A stretch of DNA of 64,000 nucleotides from Dehalococcoidia bacterium. GTDB lineage: Bacteria; Chloroflexota; Dehalococcoidia; E44-bin15. The notes beneath the pieces were generated by a model. That model saw only the letters and a list, made by a program, of their open reading frames with translations, made no database searches and was not told where the DNA came from. The stretch is from NCBI GenBank assembly GCA_041649635.1, contig JBAZMV010000005.1, positions 65,976-129,975 on the forward strand. The letters are read 5' to 3'. Positions 28,688 through 38,406 of the stretch are shown here, one piece after another; the stretch's first letter is position 1, and each line of letters starts with the position of its first letter. The translations under genes and the position numbers were made by a program.

Positions 28688-31600
28688 ATGGAAAAGTTGA
28701 ACCTGAAACAGCTATTACCGCTCATCGACGGGATGCCGGAATACGCACGGCTGGCTGATGCGCTGCAAGGTGGCGGCGTTCGTAAGCTGGTCGTCCTCGA
28801 TGCCGCCAAGCCGTATACGCTGGCGGCGCTGCATCGACGTTTGAAGCTGCCGATGCTGGTGGTGTCGGCCAAGCCGGAGCGGGCGCGGTGGCTGCAGGAC
28901 CAGCTCAGGTGCTGGGGCGCGGAGGCGGCGCTGTTCCCGGAGCCGGACTCGCTGCCGTATGAGCACATGGCCTCCTATCCGTATACTATCGCTCAACGTG
29001 TGCGCGCGCTGCATTCACTCGGAGTCGATAAGTCTGCGCTGGTGGTGACCTCGGCGCACGCGCTGGCGCGCATCACGCTCTCGCCGCAGAGGTTCCACGA
29101 TGAAGTTCACACCATCAAGCGTGGAGCGAGCGTCGATCTGGAGGGGACGCTGGCGGCGTGGGTGGGGATGGGCTATCAGAACGAGCACATGGTGGAGACG
29201 CCCGGCGGTTTCAGCAGGCGCGGCGGCATCATCGATGTCTACTCGCCCGCGCACCCGATGCCGGCGCGCATCGAGCTCTTCGGCGACGAGGTGGAGAGCA
29301 TACGATTCTTCGACCCGGCGACGCAGCGTTCTATCGAGACTGTCGCTGAAATAACCATCGTTCCCGCCCGTGAGCTGTCGTTCGATGGCGTTGTAACCGA
29401 GCGCGACGCCGGAGCCATCGTCGATTACCTGTCTGCCAAGTCGATTCTTGTCCTAGACCAGCCTGACGAGGTCGAGCGCTCGCTGGTGGAGTTCGACGAG
29501 GAATCGAGCCAGATACGGGAGGAGCAGGAGGCGCGAGGGGACATATCGTCGGATTTCCCGACTACGTATTTCAACTGGGAGGAGCTTTCGTCTCGTTTTG
29601 CCAAAGTCGGCCGACGTCTCGACTTGCTCTCGTGGCGCAGCGATGACGAGCAGGAGGCGCTGCCATTCGTTGCGGCGCCGATATACGGCGGCAGGCTGGA
29701 GGATTTCCTTGTAAACGTCGCGGATATGACACGCGTCGAGCGTAAACGCGTCGTCGTCATCTCCCACCAGGCGCGCAGGCTGACCGACCTCTTCGAGGAG
29801 AAAGACATCATCGCCCCCGTGCTGCCAAAGCTGAAGGGGTTGCCGTCGGAGGGCGGGGTCGCATTGATTCAGGGGTCGCTGGCCCAGGGCTGGGCGCTGG
29901 GTTCGACCGTCCTCCTCACCGACACCGAGATATTCGGCTTCACAAAGGTGCGGGGGCGCGAGCGGCGCGGCCCGCCGCGGCGGCTGGGGGCGCTTTCGGA
30001 GCTGGTCGTCGGCGACCACGTGGTGCACGTGGAGCACGGCATCGGCATATTCGCTGGAATGAGGACCATGGCCGTGGGCGACCGCGAGAAGGAATACCTC
30101 GTGCTGGAATATGCGTCGGGCGATAAGCTGTACGTGCCCAGCGACCAGATCGACCGGCTGGGGAGGTACATCGGCGAGGGGGAGGAGCCGCCCGCGCTGA
30201 GCCGCCTCGGCTCTCAGGAGTGGGCGCGCACGCGGCGCAAGGTGAAGCAGGCCGCGGCGCTGCTGGCGCGGGAGCTGCTCTCGATCTACGCCGAGCGCGA
30301 GGTCGTCACCGGCTTCGCCTTTTCATCCGACACAGTGTGGCAGGGCGAGATGGAGGCCTCGTTCCCGTACGAGGAGACGCCGGACCAGCTCAAGGCGGTC
30401 GCAGCGATAAAGCAGGACATGGAGCAGCCGAAGCCGATGGACCGGCTGGTCTGCGGCGACGTGGGCTACGGCAAGACGGAGGTGGCGCTGCGCGCGGCGT
30501 TCAAGGCGGTGATGGACGGCAGGCAGGCGGCGGTGCTGGTGCCGACCACGGTGCTGGCGCAGCAGCACTACGAGACCTTCTCCGAGCGATTACGCGCTTT
30601 CCCTATCAACGTCGCCGTCCTCAGCCGCTTTATCTCGCCCGGCGAGCAGAATAAGGTTGTCGCGAAGATAAAGCAGGGCGGCATAGATATCGTTATCGGC
30701 ACGCATCGTTTGCTGCAGAAGGACGTCGCGTTCAAGAATCTCGGTTTGCTCATCATCGATGAGGAGCAGCGCTTCGGCGTGGCGCATAAAGAATATCTCA
30801 AGAAGCTGCGCCGCGAGGTCGATGTGCTCACGCTTACGGCAACGCCGATACCGCGCACGCTGTACATGTCGCTGTCCGGTGTGCGCGATATGAGCACCAT
30901 GGAAACGCCGCCCGAGGAGCGCCTGCCGATTAAGACCTACGTCGGAGTGTACGATGAGAAGATAATCCGCGACGCGATATTGCGCGAGATGGACCGCGGC
31001 GGGCAGATATTCGTCGTCCATAACCGCATCGATAGCCTGCACCGCATCGCCGAAGAGATAGGGAAGCTCGTGCCGCATGCCGTCGTTACCGCAGCGCACG
31101 GCCAGATGTCGCCGGAGCAGCTCGAGAACATCATGTTCGATTTTTACGAGGGGCACATCGATGTGCTGGTCTCGACGACCATCATAGAGGCCGGGCTGGA
31201 CGTGCCCAACGCCAACACGCTCATCGTGAGCGACGCCGACCGGATGGGGCTGGCGCAGCTGTACCAGCTCAGGGGACGGGTGGGGCGCAGTTCCAACAGG
31301 GCCTACGCCTATTTTCTCTACGAGAAGGGCAAGCCGCTCACGCCGCAGTCGTCGCGGCGGCTGGAGACCATCGCGGAAGCCACCGAGCTCGGCGCGGGCT
31401 TCCGCATCGCGATGCGGGACCTGGAGATCCGTGGGGCGGGGAACATCCTGGGCTCGGAGCAGAGCGGCCAGATAGGGGCTGTCGGCTTCGACCTGTACTG
31501 CCGCATGCTTAATGATGCCGTCGAGGAACTGCGCACCGGCAAGATAAAGCCGGATGTCGTTCAGCAGGGCCCGTCCGTCGATCTCCCCGTCAAGGCCCGT

Positions 31601-31990
31601 GTTCCCGAATCGTACGTGTCCGACCTCGACGTTCGATTGGAGCTTTACCAGCGCATCTCGAAGCTGACGTCGCGCGATGAGGTCGAGGCCATGCGCGGCG
31701 AGCTTATCGACCGTTTCGGGCCGTTGCCGCCGCAGGTGGTTAACCTGCTCTACGCTGTGGATATCAAGGCCATGGCCATCGCCGCTGGCGTCGATTCCAT
31801 CGGTGTCGAGGACAGGCACATGGTCGTCAAGATGCTGCCGGAACGCCATCTGGACAAGGCGAAGCTGCAGGCCAAGTTCGGCGCGGGGGTCAAAGTCGGC
31901 TCCAGCCAGGTACGCCTGGACATGGGGGCTCTGGGAGCGCGGTGGCGGGTGGTGCTGGAGGGGGTGGTGAGGGGGGTGGGTGTCCCGTAG
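28688..31990 (+). CDS. mfd: Transcription-repair coupling factor
   Basis: 1100 aa. UvrB-homology N-terminus, CarD/TRCF RNAP-interaction domain, DEAD/DEAH helicase motifs (GDVGYGKTEVA, DEEQRFG) and TRCF C-terminal domain. Confidence 0.85.
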   Translation: MEKLNLKQLLPLIDGMPEYARLADALQGGGVRKLVVLDAAKPYTLAALHRRLKLPMLVVSAKPERARWLQDQLRCWGAEAALFPEPDSLPYEHMASYPYTIAQRVRALHSLGVDKSALVVTSAHALARITLSPQRFHDEVHTIKRGASVDLEGTLAAWVGMGYQNEHMVETPGGFSRRGGIIDVYSPAHPMPARIELFGDEVESIRFFDPATQRSIETVAEITIVPARELSFDGVVTERDAGAIVDYLSAKSILVLDQPDEVERSLVEFDEESSQIREEQEARGDISSDFPTTYFNWEELSSRFAKVGRRLDLLSWRSDDEQEALPFVAAPIYGGRLEDFLVNVADMTRVERKRVVVISHQARRLTDLFEEKDIIAPVLPKLKGLPSEGGVALIQGSLAQGWALGSTVLLTDTEIFGFTKVRGRERRGPPRRLGALSELVVGDHVVHVEHGIGIFAGMRTMAVGDREKEYLVLEYASGDKLYVPSDQIDRLGRYIGEGEEPPALSRLGSQEWARTRRKVKQAAALLARELLSIYAEREVVTGFAFSSDTVWQGEMEASFPYEETPDQLKAVAAIKQDMEQPKPMDRLVCGDVGYGKTEVALRAAFKAVMDGRQAAVLVPTTVLAQQHYETFSERLRAFPINVAVLSRFISPGEQNKVVAKIKQGGIDIVIGTHRLLQKDVAFKNLGLLIIDEEQRFGVAHKEYLKKLRREVDVLTLTATPIPRTLYMSLSGVRDMSTMETPPEERLPIKTYVGVYDEKIIRDAILREMDRGGQIFVVHNRIDSLHRIAEEIGKLVPHAVVTAAHGQMSPEQLENIMFDFYEGHIDVLVSTTIIEAGLDVPNANTLIVSDADRMGLAQLYQLRGRVGRSSNRAYAYFLYEKGKPLTPQSSRRLETIAEATELGAGFRIAMRDLEIRGAGNILGSEQSGQIGAVGFDLYCRMLNDAVEELRTGKIKPDVVQQGPSVDLPVKARVPESYVSDLDVRLELYQRISKLTSRDEVEAMRGELIDRFGPLPPQVVNLLYAVDIKAMAIAAGVDSIGVEDRHMVVKMLPERHLDKAKLQAKFGAGVKVGSSQVRLDMGALGARWRVVLEGVVRGVGVP

Positions 31991-32280
31991 GGGCGATCAT
32001 TGTGATCGCCCGCCGTGGGCGAATACGAGATTCGCCCCTACACGATGACCAAAATAAAAATGTAGGGTGGGTTCACAAACCCACCAGAATATCCGTAGGG
32101 GCGAGGTCGCCTCGCCCGATGTGGATTCCGGCCTGCGCCGGAATGACGGTTGATAAAGAGGTACAGGAGACAGAGTCTCCTGACGGGGGAACCGGGGGTG
32201 TCCCCCGGATTTTAATTTACGTCCTCCAACGTATGGGGGACTAACAGGGGGTTCGGTTTTCTGCTCGGCATGGTGTTCTT
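31990..32280. repeat. REP-like array plus an inverted copy of composite element B
   Basis: gtaggggcgatcattgtgatcgccc, gtagggtgggttcacaaacccacc and gtaggggcgaggtcgcctcgccc units. ggattccggcctgcgccggaatgac. The inverted element B spans about 32151..32262. Confidence 0.85.
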
Positions 32281-32525
32281 CACCTTGCCGAAGACATCTG
32301 GATCGTTGAAGGTGAAGAACACCTTCAACAGCAGCGGGAATCAGAGATATCATCGCTGGGGGATGTCAAGTGTTGACAGCCAATATAAAGGGATGTAAAT
32401 TATATCCCGATTGGGTTACTGCTTTTCCAGGGAATTATGTTCCCCAAAACATGTAAGAGTTTTAATCACCAACCCATTAAAGCACGCACAACGGCTCAAA
32501 CGTCTGGGAATAGTAAGGAGGATTG

Positions 32526-33257
32526 ATGAAAAAGTACACCGGTGTGATTCTTATCGTGGTCGGCATTGTTCTCATAGCTCTGGCGCTGGTCTTCGGCTTC
32601 CAGTCGACGGAAGAGAAGGACTTGCTGGCAGAGGGATACACATTTACCTATGACGTTACTTACAGCGAGAACGGCAGCGTAGTCGATACAAGCAATTACA
32701 ATATGGTCGTAGGCGAGGTTGTGCAGGTTGATGGCAAGGACTGTTATTTTATCGATCTGAGCGTGCAGAATGACGAGGCGGGTAAGACGGGAGCGGCTCG
32801 TACGGCAAGAACAGGCGTAAACACGTCGGTGCCTACGTCGGTTATAAGCGGCGATATGTGGGTTAATGTCGACAGCCTTAATCTTGCCAAGAAACAGCCG
32901 GTTTCCCTTATCTACGGCAGCGAGTTTACCACTACCCTTACATATGTTTATGAAGGCTCGCACGGCGCTCCCTTTGAGGTAGGCAAGACGTGGTCTTATA
33001 CCATCAACGTTAGTTCAACCACGGGACAGCAATATCAGATACCGGGAACCGCGACCATAGCGGGCATGGAAGACGTTGAGGTGCCCGCCGGTACTTTCGC
33101 GGATTGTTATCGTGTAGAGTACACCACCCTCGGCACCACAGCCCCGAGTTTAATTGAGTGGTGGTCTGATGACATTGGCATGTGGGTCAAGATGGCGGAC
33201 TACTCCAGCTATACGGGTATCGAAATAAGAGCTCTGGAAGCATACGGCACCGATTAA
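32526..33257 (+). CDS. Hypothetical N-terminally membrane-anchored/secreted protein
   Basis: AGGAGG RBS 7 nt upstream of the ATG at 32526. Signal-anchor KKYTGVILIVVGIVLIALALVFGF. Thr/Val-rich beta-type composition. No family recognised. Confidence 0.45.
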   Translation: MKKYTGVILIVVGIVLIALALVFGFQSTEEKDLLAEGYTFTYDVTYSENGSVVDTSNYNMVVGEVVQVDGKDCYFIDLSVQNDEAGKTGAARTARTGVNTSVPTSVISGDMWVNVDSLNLAKKQPVSLIYGSEFTTTLTYVYEGSHGAPFEVGKTWSYTINVSSTTGQQYQIPGTATIAGMEDVEVPAGTFADCYRVEYTTLGTTAPSLIEWWSDDIGMWVKMADYSSYTGIEIRALEAYGTD

Positions 33258-33405
33258 GGGATACGGTCGATAAAAATCTTTACATGGGAGTGACGTACTT
33301 TACAAGCAGTATATATTGAGGTATAATAAGCAATCCCTGCAAGGAAGACGCGACTGAAGGCCGTTGCCTTCAGTCTTTTTTAGTAGAAGGTAAAGGAGGG
33401 TTGGG

Positions 33406-33882
33406 ATGTCTGAGAAAGAGATTTTCCTTACCCCTGAGGGACTGAAAAAACTAGAAGAAGAGCTTGACCATCTCAAGACTGTGAAGCGCCAGGAGATCGC
33501 AGAGAAGATCCAGGACGCCAAGGAGTCCCGCAGCGCCGTGATCTCTCCCGAGTACGAAGAGGCCAAGAACGAGCAAGGCTTCGTCGAGGGGCGGATACTT
33601 GAGCTTGAGAGTATGATTAAGAACGCAAAGATAATCCATCACGAGGAAGTTAAGAAGAAGGGTGCTTCAATCGAGCTCGGCAGCAAAGTGGTGGTCAAGT
33701 TCGCTGAAGGCGGTAAAGAGAATTACGTCATTGTAGGGAGCGCCGAGGCCAGCCCGGGCGACGGTAAGATATCAAACGAATCGCCCATGGGGAAGGCATT
33801 GATGAACAGGAAGGTGGGAGACGAAGTTGAGTTTGATGCCCCGGCCGGGAAGCTCAAGCTTAAAATAGTGGAGATAAAATAG
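33406..33882 (+). CDS. greA: Transcription elongation factor GreA
   Basis: N-terminal coiled coil LTPEGLKKLEEELDHLKTVKRQEIAEKIQDAKE and C-terminal FKBP-like domain. Confidence 0.85.
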   Translation: MSEKEIFLTPEGLKKLEEELDHLKTVKRQEIAEKIQDAKESRSAVISPEYEEAKNEQGFVEGRILELESMIKNAKIIHHEEVKKKGASIELGSKVVVKFAEGGKENYVIVGSAEASPGDGKISNESPMGKALMNRKVGDEVEFDAPAGKLKLKIVEIK

Positions 33883-35345
33883 TGTCCCGCCTCGATGATA
33901 TAACCAACCAGCGTCTCGAAAAGCTTCGAAAATTACGAGACGAAAGGCAGTTAAACCCCTATCCCCCCCGTTATCACCGCAGTCACACCTCAAAAGAAGC
34001 GATCGTCCTTTTCGAAGAGGGACAGGAAATCGAAGTCAGCCTCGCCGGACGCATAACCGCCATCCGCGGCATGGGCAAGGCCGTCTTCATGGATATGCGC
34101 GACGGCTCCGGCAGGATCCAGCTTTACATCGGCAAAGGGCATCTTGCTGAGGACAAGCTCGAGCTGGTAAAGCTGATCGACATCGGCGATTTCATCGGGG
34201 CCGGCGGCAAGGTTTTTCGTACTCGCACCGGCGAAATAACGCTCGAGGTGCATGATATCGTCATGCTGGCCAAGTCGCTGCAGCCGATGCCCGAGAAGTG
34301 GCACGGACTGCACGATGTGGAGAAGCGCTACCGCCAGCGCTACCTCGATCTCGTGTCGAGCGAGGAAGTGCGGAATATCTTCGCGGCACGCAGCAAGGTC
34401 ATCTCGTCCGTGCGGCGCTTCATGGAAGGTCGAGGCTTCATGGAGGTGGAGACGCCCGTGCTGCATTCGGTGCCGGGAGGAGCCAGGGCCCATCCGTTCA
34501 TCACGCATCATAACGCTCTCGACGAAGATTTGTATCTGCGCATTGCGCTCGAGCTGTATCTCAAACGGCTCATCGTGGGCGGCTTTGAGAAGGTTTACGA
34601 GATCGGGCGCGTCTTCCGCAACGAGGGCATCTCGACCAAGCACAACCCCGAGTTCACTATGATGGAGAGCTATGAGGCCTACGCGGACTACAACGATGTC
34701 ATGAACATGCTGGAATCGCTCGTCTCCCAGGTCGCGCTTGATGTCATCGGAACCACCGAGGTCAAGTTCGGCGAGCACACAATCGATTTCAAGCCGCCGT
34801 GGAAGCGCGTCTCGCTCAGGGACGCGATAAAAGAGGAGTGCGGCATCGATTTTCTGGAGCACGGCGACGGGCAGTCTCTGCGCGACGCCATCAAGGCCAA
34901 GGGCGTCGAGGTGGATGAGACGTTAAGCCCGGCCTATCTCATCGATAAGCTGGTCTCCGCATATGTCGAGCCGAAACTCATCCAGCCCACGTTCCTCTAC
35001 GATTACCCGGCGGAGACGTCGCCCCTGGCCAAGTGCAAGGAGGGGGATAACAGGCTCGTCGAGCGCTTCGAGGCCTTCGTCTCCGGCATAGAGATCGCCA
35101 ACGCCTTCACCGAATTGAACGACCCGCAGGAGCAGGCGGCGCGCTTCAACCTGCAGGAGGAGTGGCGCGTCAAGTTCGGCGACACGGAGGCGGAGCGCTA
35201 TCAGGAAGATTTCGTCACGGCCATGGAGCACGGCATGCCGCCCACCGGCGGGCTCGGCGTCGGCATCGACCGCCTGGTGATGCTGTTAACTGGACAACAA
35301 TCCATCAGGGAAGTTATACTTTTCCCGCAGCTCAAGTCGAAGTAA
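33882..35345 (+). CDS. lysS: Lysine--tRNA ligase (class II)
   Basis: OB anticodon-binding N-domain. Class II motifs ...FRNEGIS..., GGLGVGIDRLVMLL. Confidence 0.9.
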   Translation: MSRLDDITNQRLEKLRKLRDERQLNPYPPRYHRSHTSKEAIVLFEEGQEIEVSLAGRITAIRGMGKAVFMDMRDGSGRIQLYIGKGHLAEDKLELVKLIDIGDFIGAGGKVFRTRTGEITLEVHDIVMLAKSLQPMPEKWHGLHDVEKRYRQRYLDLVSSEEVRNIFAARSKVISSVRRFMEGRGFMEVETPVLHSVPGGARAHPFITHHNALDEDLYLRIALELYLKRLIVGGFEKVYEIGRVFRNEGISTKHNPEFTMMESYEAYADYNDVMNMLESLVSQVALDVIGTTEVKFGEHTIDFKPPWKRVSLRDAIKEECGIDFLEHGDGQSLRDAIKAKGVEVDETLSPAYLIDKLVSAYVEPKLIQPTFLYDYPAETSPLAKCKEGDNRLVERFEAFVSGIEIANAFTELNDPQEQAARFNLQEEWRVKFGDTEAERYQEDFVTAMEHGMPPTGGLGVGIDRLVMLLTGQQSIREVILFPQLKSK

Positions 35346-35366
35346 CGGCTTGAAGGCAGATGCGAT

Positions 35367-36626
35367 ATGCTCGACATAAAATTCATCCGCGAAAACCCCG
35401 ACGCGGTTCGTGAGGCGCTTCAGAATCGTCATTCCGGTGATTCCATCGATGATATCCTTAAGCTGGACGAAAAGCGTCGCGCATTGTTGGTCGAGGTCGA
35501 AGGACTCAAGGCCAGGCGCAACGAGGTCAGCAAGGAGATCGGACGGACCAAGGAAAAGCCTCCGGCGCTGCTTCAGGAGATGCGGGATATCGGCGAACGC
35601 ATCAAGGACCTCGATGGCCAGGTGGAATCGATAGAGAAAGACCTCAACGACCAACTGCTGCGCATCCCCAACCTCCAGCACTCCAGCGTCCCCATCGGAG
35701 CCGGCGCCGAGGATAACAAGACCATCCGGCAATGGGGAGAGCAGAAGAAGCTCGATTTCGAGCCAAAGCCTCACTGGGAGCTGGGCGAGGCGCTGGATAT
35801 CATAGATTTCGAGAGGGGCGTCAAGCTGTCGGGGTCCCGTTTCTATGTGCTCAAGGGCAAGGGGGCGCAGTTGCAGCGGGCGGTGATCAACTTCATGCTC
35901 GACCTGCACGTGAAGGAGCACGGCTACACCGAGGTCATGCCTCCGTTCATGGTGAAGCAGGAGTGCATGTACGGCTCCGGCAACCTGCCCAAGTTTGCCG
36001 ACAACCTGTACCACGATGCGGAGGAGGACTACTGGTTCGTGCCCACCGCCGAGGTGCCGCTAACCAACCTCTTTCGCGATGAGATACTGACCCAGGATAT
36101 GCTGCCGATATACTATGTCGCTCATACGGCCTGCTTCCGCCGCGAGAAGATGTCGGCGGGAAAGGATACGCGCGGCATCAAGCGCGGCCATCAGTTCGAT
36201 AAGGTCGAGATGTATAAGTTCACCACGCCGGAGACATCGTACGATGAGCTGGAGAAGCTGGTCGACAATGCCGAGGAAGTAAGCCGTCGTTTAGGTCTGG
36301 CCTATCGCGTGCTGTCGCTGTGCACCGGCGACATCGGATTCGCCTCGGCCAAGTCCTACGATATCGAGATGTGGGCGCCCGGATGCAAGGAGTGGCTCGA
36401 GGTCAGCTCCTGCTCCAACTGCATTGATTTCCAGGCGCGGCGCACCAATATCCGCTTCCGCCCCGAGGGTGGAGGTAAGCCTCAGTTTGTCCACACCCTT
36501 AACGGCTCCGGTATGGCCCTGCCCCGCGTCATGATATCGATAATAGAGAACTACCAGCAGGCGGACGGCAGCATCATCGTGCCGGAAGCCCTGCGCCCTT
36601 ACACGGGCTTTGATGTCATAAAGTAG
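35367..36626 (+). CDS. serS: Serine--tRNA ligase
   Basis: N-terminal coiled-coil arm and class II core (...FRRE..., GSGMALPRV...). Confidence 0.9.
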   Translation: MLDIKFIRENPDAVREALQNRHSGDSIDDILKLDEKRRALLVEVEGLKARRNEVSKEIGRTKEKPPALLQEMRDIGERIKDLDGQVESIEKDLNDQLLRIPNLQHSSVPIGAGAEDNKTIRQWGEQKKLDFEPKPHWELGEALDIIDFERGVKLSGSRFYVLKGKGAQLQRAVINFMLDLHVKEHGYTEVMPPFMVKQECMYGSGNLPKFADNLYHDAEEDYWFVPTAEVPLTNLFRDEILTQDMLPIYYVAHTACFRREKMSAGKDTRGIKRGHQFDKVEMYKFTTPETSYDELEKLVDNAEEVSRRLGLAYRVLSLCTGDIGFASAKSYDIEMWAPGCKEWLEVSSCSNCIDFQARRTNIRFRPEGGGKPQFVHTLNGSGMALPRVMISIIENYQQADGSIIVPEALRPYTGFDVIK

Positions 36627-36629
36627 GAC

Positions 36630-36650
36630 GGGTTTCCAACCCGCCAATTC
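36630..36650. repeat. Single REP-like hairpin immediately 5' of the RAYT gene
   Basis: gacgggtttccaacccgcc resembles ggcgggtttgaaacccgcc REP units elsewhere in the window (for example 63030). Confidence 0.5.
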
Positions 36651-36658
36651 ACGCTCTA

Positions 36659-37216
36659 ATGGCAAATCAATACGATCCCGATATTCACCACCGCCGCTCC
36701 CGTCGTTTGGAAGGATACGATTATTCGCAAGCGGGAGCATATTTCATCACAGTTTGCACGCGTAACCGCGAATGTTTGTTCGGGGATGTGATCGACGGCG
36801 TAATGGCGTTGAGTGATGTGGGGCGTGTTGTGGAAGAAGAATGGATGAAATCCGCAGACATCCGTAAGGAAATCGAATTAGACGCCTTTGTTATTATGCC
36901 CAATCATATTCATGGTATTATTGTTATCGCAAACGATTGTAGGGGCGTATGGCTATACGCCCCTACGGGGACGTTACGTTCACCGTCACGAACAATTGGT
37001 GCCCTCGTCCGCGCATTCAAATCCGCCTGCACCATCCGCATTAACGATATGCGCAATTCCCGCGGCACGCCCGTATGGCAGCGCAATTATTACGAACACG
37101 TTACCCGCGACGAGGACGATCTGAACCGCATCCGCCAATACGTTATTGATAATCCGGCGCGATGGGCCGAGGACGAGAATAATCCTGATTATATTTCTAT
37201 GAAGGTTAACGATTAG
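36659..37216 (+). CDS. REP-associated tyrosine transposase (RAYT; IS200/IS605-like Y1 HUH transposase)
   Basis: HRRSRRLEGYDYSQAGAYFITVCTRNRE. HUH motif MPNHIHGII. Catalytic Tyr motif QRNYYEHVTRDE...YVIDNPARW. Confidence 0.8.
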   Translation: MANQYDPDIHHRRSRRLEGYDYSQAGAYFITVCTRNRECLFGDVIDGVMALSDVGRVVEEEWMKSADIRKEIELDAFVIMPNHIHGIIVIANDCRGVWLYAPTGTLRSPSRTIGALVRAFKSACTIRINDMRNSRGTPVWQRNYYEHVTRDEDDLNRIRQYVIDNPARWAEDENNPDYISMKVND

Positions 37217-37307
37217 CCTTTGGTTTTCCGCCATTACATGGGGCTTGAAGTGATAAGGTAAAACGCCAATTTTTCAGTTTCGATTTATGCGGTAGATTGA
37301 GTTCACT

Positions 37308-38018
37308 CTACGAGCCTACGGGAAACTCAAGCAAATCTTCGTATTTTTTATAACATTTGCGACAAGCTGGTTTTTTCATAGTGGACTCTTTTGGTTTGCC
37401 ACAAATGTGACAGAACTCTTCCACGTAGTCACCGTCCCTGTATTTGTTCCAAATGTTGTAGCATGTCTTGCAATAGGGGGACTTTGGTTGAAGATTGATC
37501 TTTGTATGGCAACGGATGCAAAAACCGAAGGCGGTTTTCGGAGTTTTAATGGATTTATCTGAATCTTTGGTGATTTTTGAAGTTGATGTCTCGGTTTCAG
37601 CACTGGTTCGGACGAGCCTCATGGCTTCATCGTAGATATCGGAGTAGAGCTTTGGGTCCTCTTTTCTGCTAACATAGATTCCCATTTCATTGTTGTTGAC
37701 TTCAGAAAAATCATAGAGGTTCATGGATGTAACGATAGCTTCCTTTTCATTTAGGTAGCATTTTGCGTGCAGATTCTGGCAGAAGCTGGAGCGAAGGCTC
37801 TTCATTGATTTTAACCAGTTGTTTTCAGAAGGTTCCAAGTCTTTTTTGCCGTAGATTACTCTGATGTCGATCTTTAAGCGATCCTTGTCTTCGATTAGTT
37901 GCTTAATCCGTTCGTTCATCTTAAGGTATGGGCTTATGAGGATTAGCTTCTCTTGAGATTCTTTGATTAGCTGTTCGAGGTAGTGTGATACCCCGCTGGT
38001 AACTAGAAACTTTGCCAT
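37308..38018 (-). CDS. PLD-superfamily (HKD) nuclease-like protein with two C-terminal topoisomerase-type C4 zinc ribbons
   Basis: LILISPYL...IRVIYGKK...LHAKCYLNEKEAIVTSMNLYDFSEVNNNEMG is a single PLDc_2-like HKD unit. C-terminus CIRC...CKTC and CHIC...CRKC. AT-rich. It lies between the RAYT gene and tRNA-Ser. Confidence 0.5.
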   Translation of the reverse strand: MAKFLVTSGVSHYLEQLIKESQEKLILISPYLKMNERIKQLIEDKDRLKIDIRVIYGKKDLEPSENNWLKSMKSLRSSFCQNLHAKCYLNEKEAIVTSMNLYDFSEVNNNEMGIYVSRKEDPKLYSDIYDEAMRLVRTSAETETSTSKITKDSDKSIKTPKTAFGFCIRCHTKINLQPKSPYCKTCYNIWNKYRDGDYVEEFCHICGKPKESTMKKPACRKCYKKYEDLLEFPVGS

Positions 38019-38292
38019 CTCTAATGACTCCCTATTTGTGAAGCTGCACTTGGTAGGCTAGAACAACTTCTGTCTTATCCCCTCAGCGTAGCGCCGAGCT
38101 CTTTTATCAAAAGTTCCAAAATCTTGCCCTGATCTTTGCTAATATCGCTTTTCAGAAGCAACAATACGCTCTCATGTGGTAACACTCTAAATGCTGATGA
38201 TGGATGCTGTCAAGCGAAGCTTATAGTTCGCCAAAGTTTACAATGAAGGCCTATTTGCATATAATTGGAGAACATACAAAAAGAGGCTATGG

Positions 38293-38380
38293 GGAGGGGT
38301 GTCCGAGTGGTTTATGGTAGCGGTCTTGAAAACCGCCGTTCTGCTTTGCAGGACCATGGGTTCGAATCCCATCCCCTCCG
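38293..38380 (+). tRNA. tRNA-Ser (anticodon TGA)
   Basis: Type II tRNA. Acceptor ggagggg/cccctcc. D-arm gtccgagtgg. Anticodon loop cttgaaa. Long variable arm. T-arm atgggttcgaatcccat. Confidence 0.8.
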
Positions 38381-38406
38381 CTTTTAATATCTGGGCTCGA
38401 TTGGAA

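Noticed and set aside
30590-31849. 419-aa ORF on the minus strand inside mfd (and several other long antisense ORFs: 6647..7738, 7815..8615, 16354..16998, 21407..22162, 33990..34862, 35286..36014, 38645..39403, 40562..41251, 48694..49506, 53710..54666)
   Set aside because: Each lies antisense to a strongly supported conserved gene. Their Arg/Ala/Gly/Pro-rich composition is the usual artefact of open antisense frames in GC-rich DNA.
37217-37307. Second REP flanking the 3' side of the RAYT gene
   Set aside because: The downstream spacer is AT-rich with only a weak gcctacggg fragment. No clear GTAG-hairpin unit is present, so only the 5' REP is reported.
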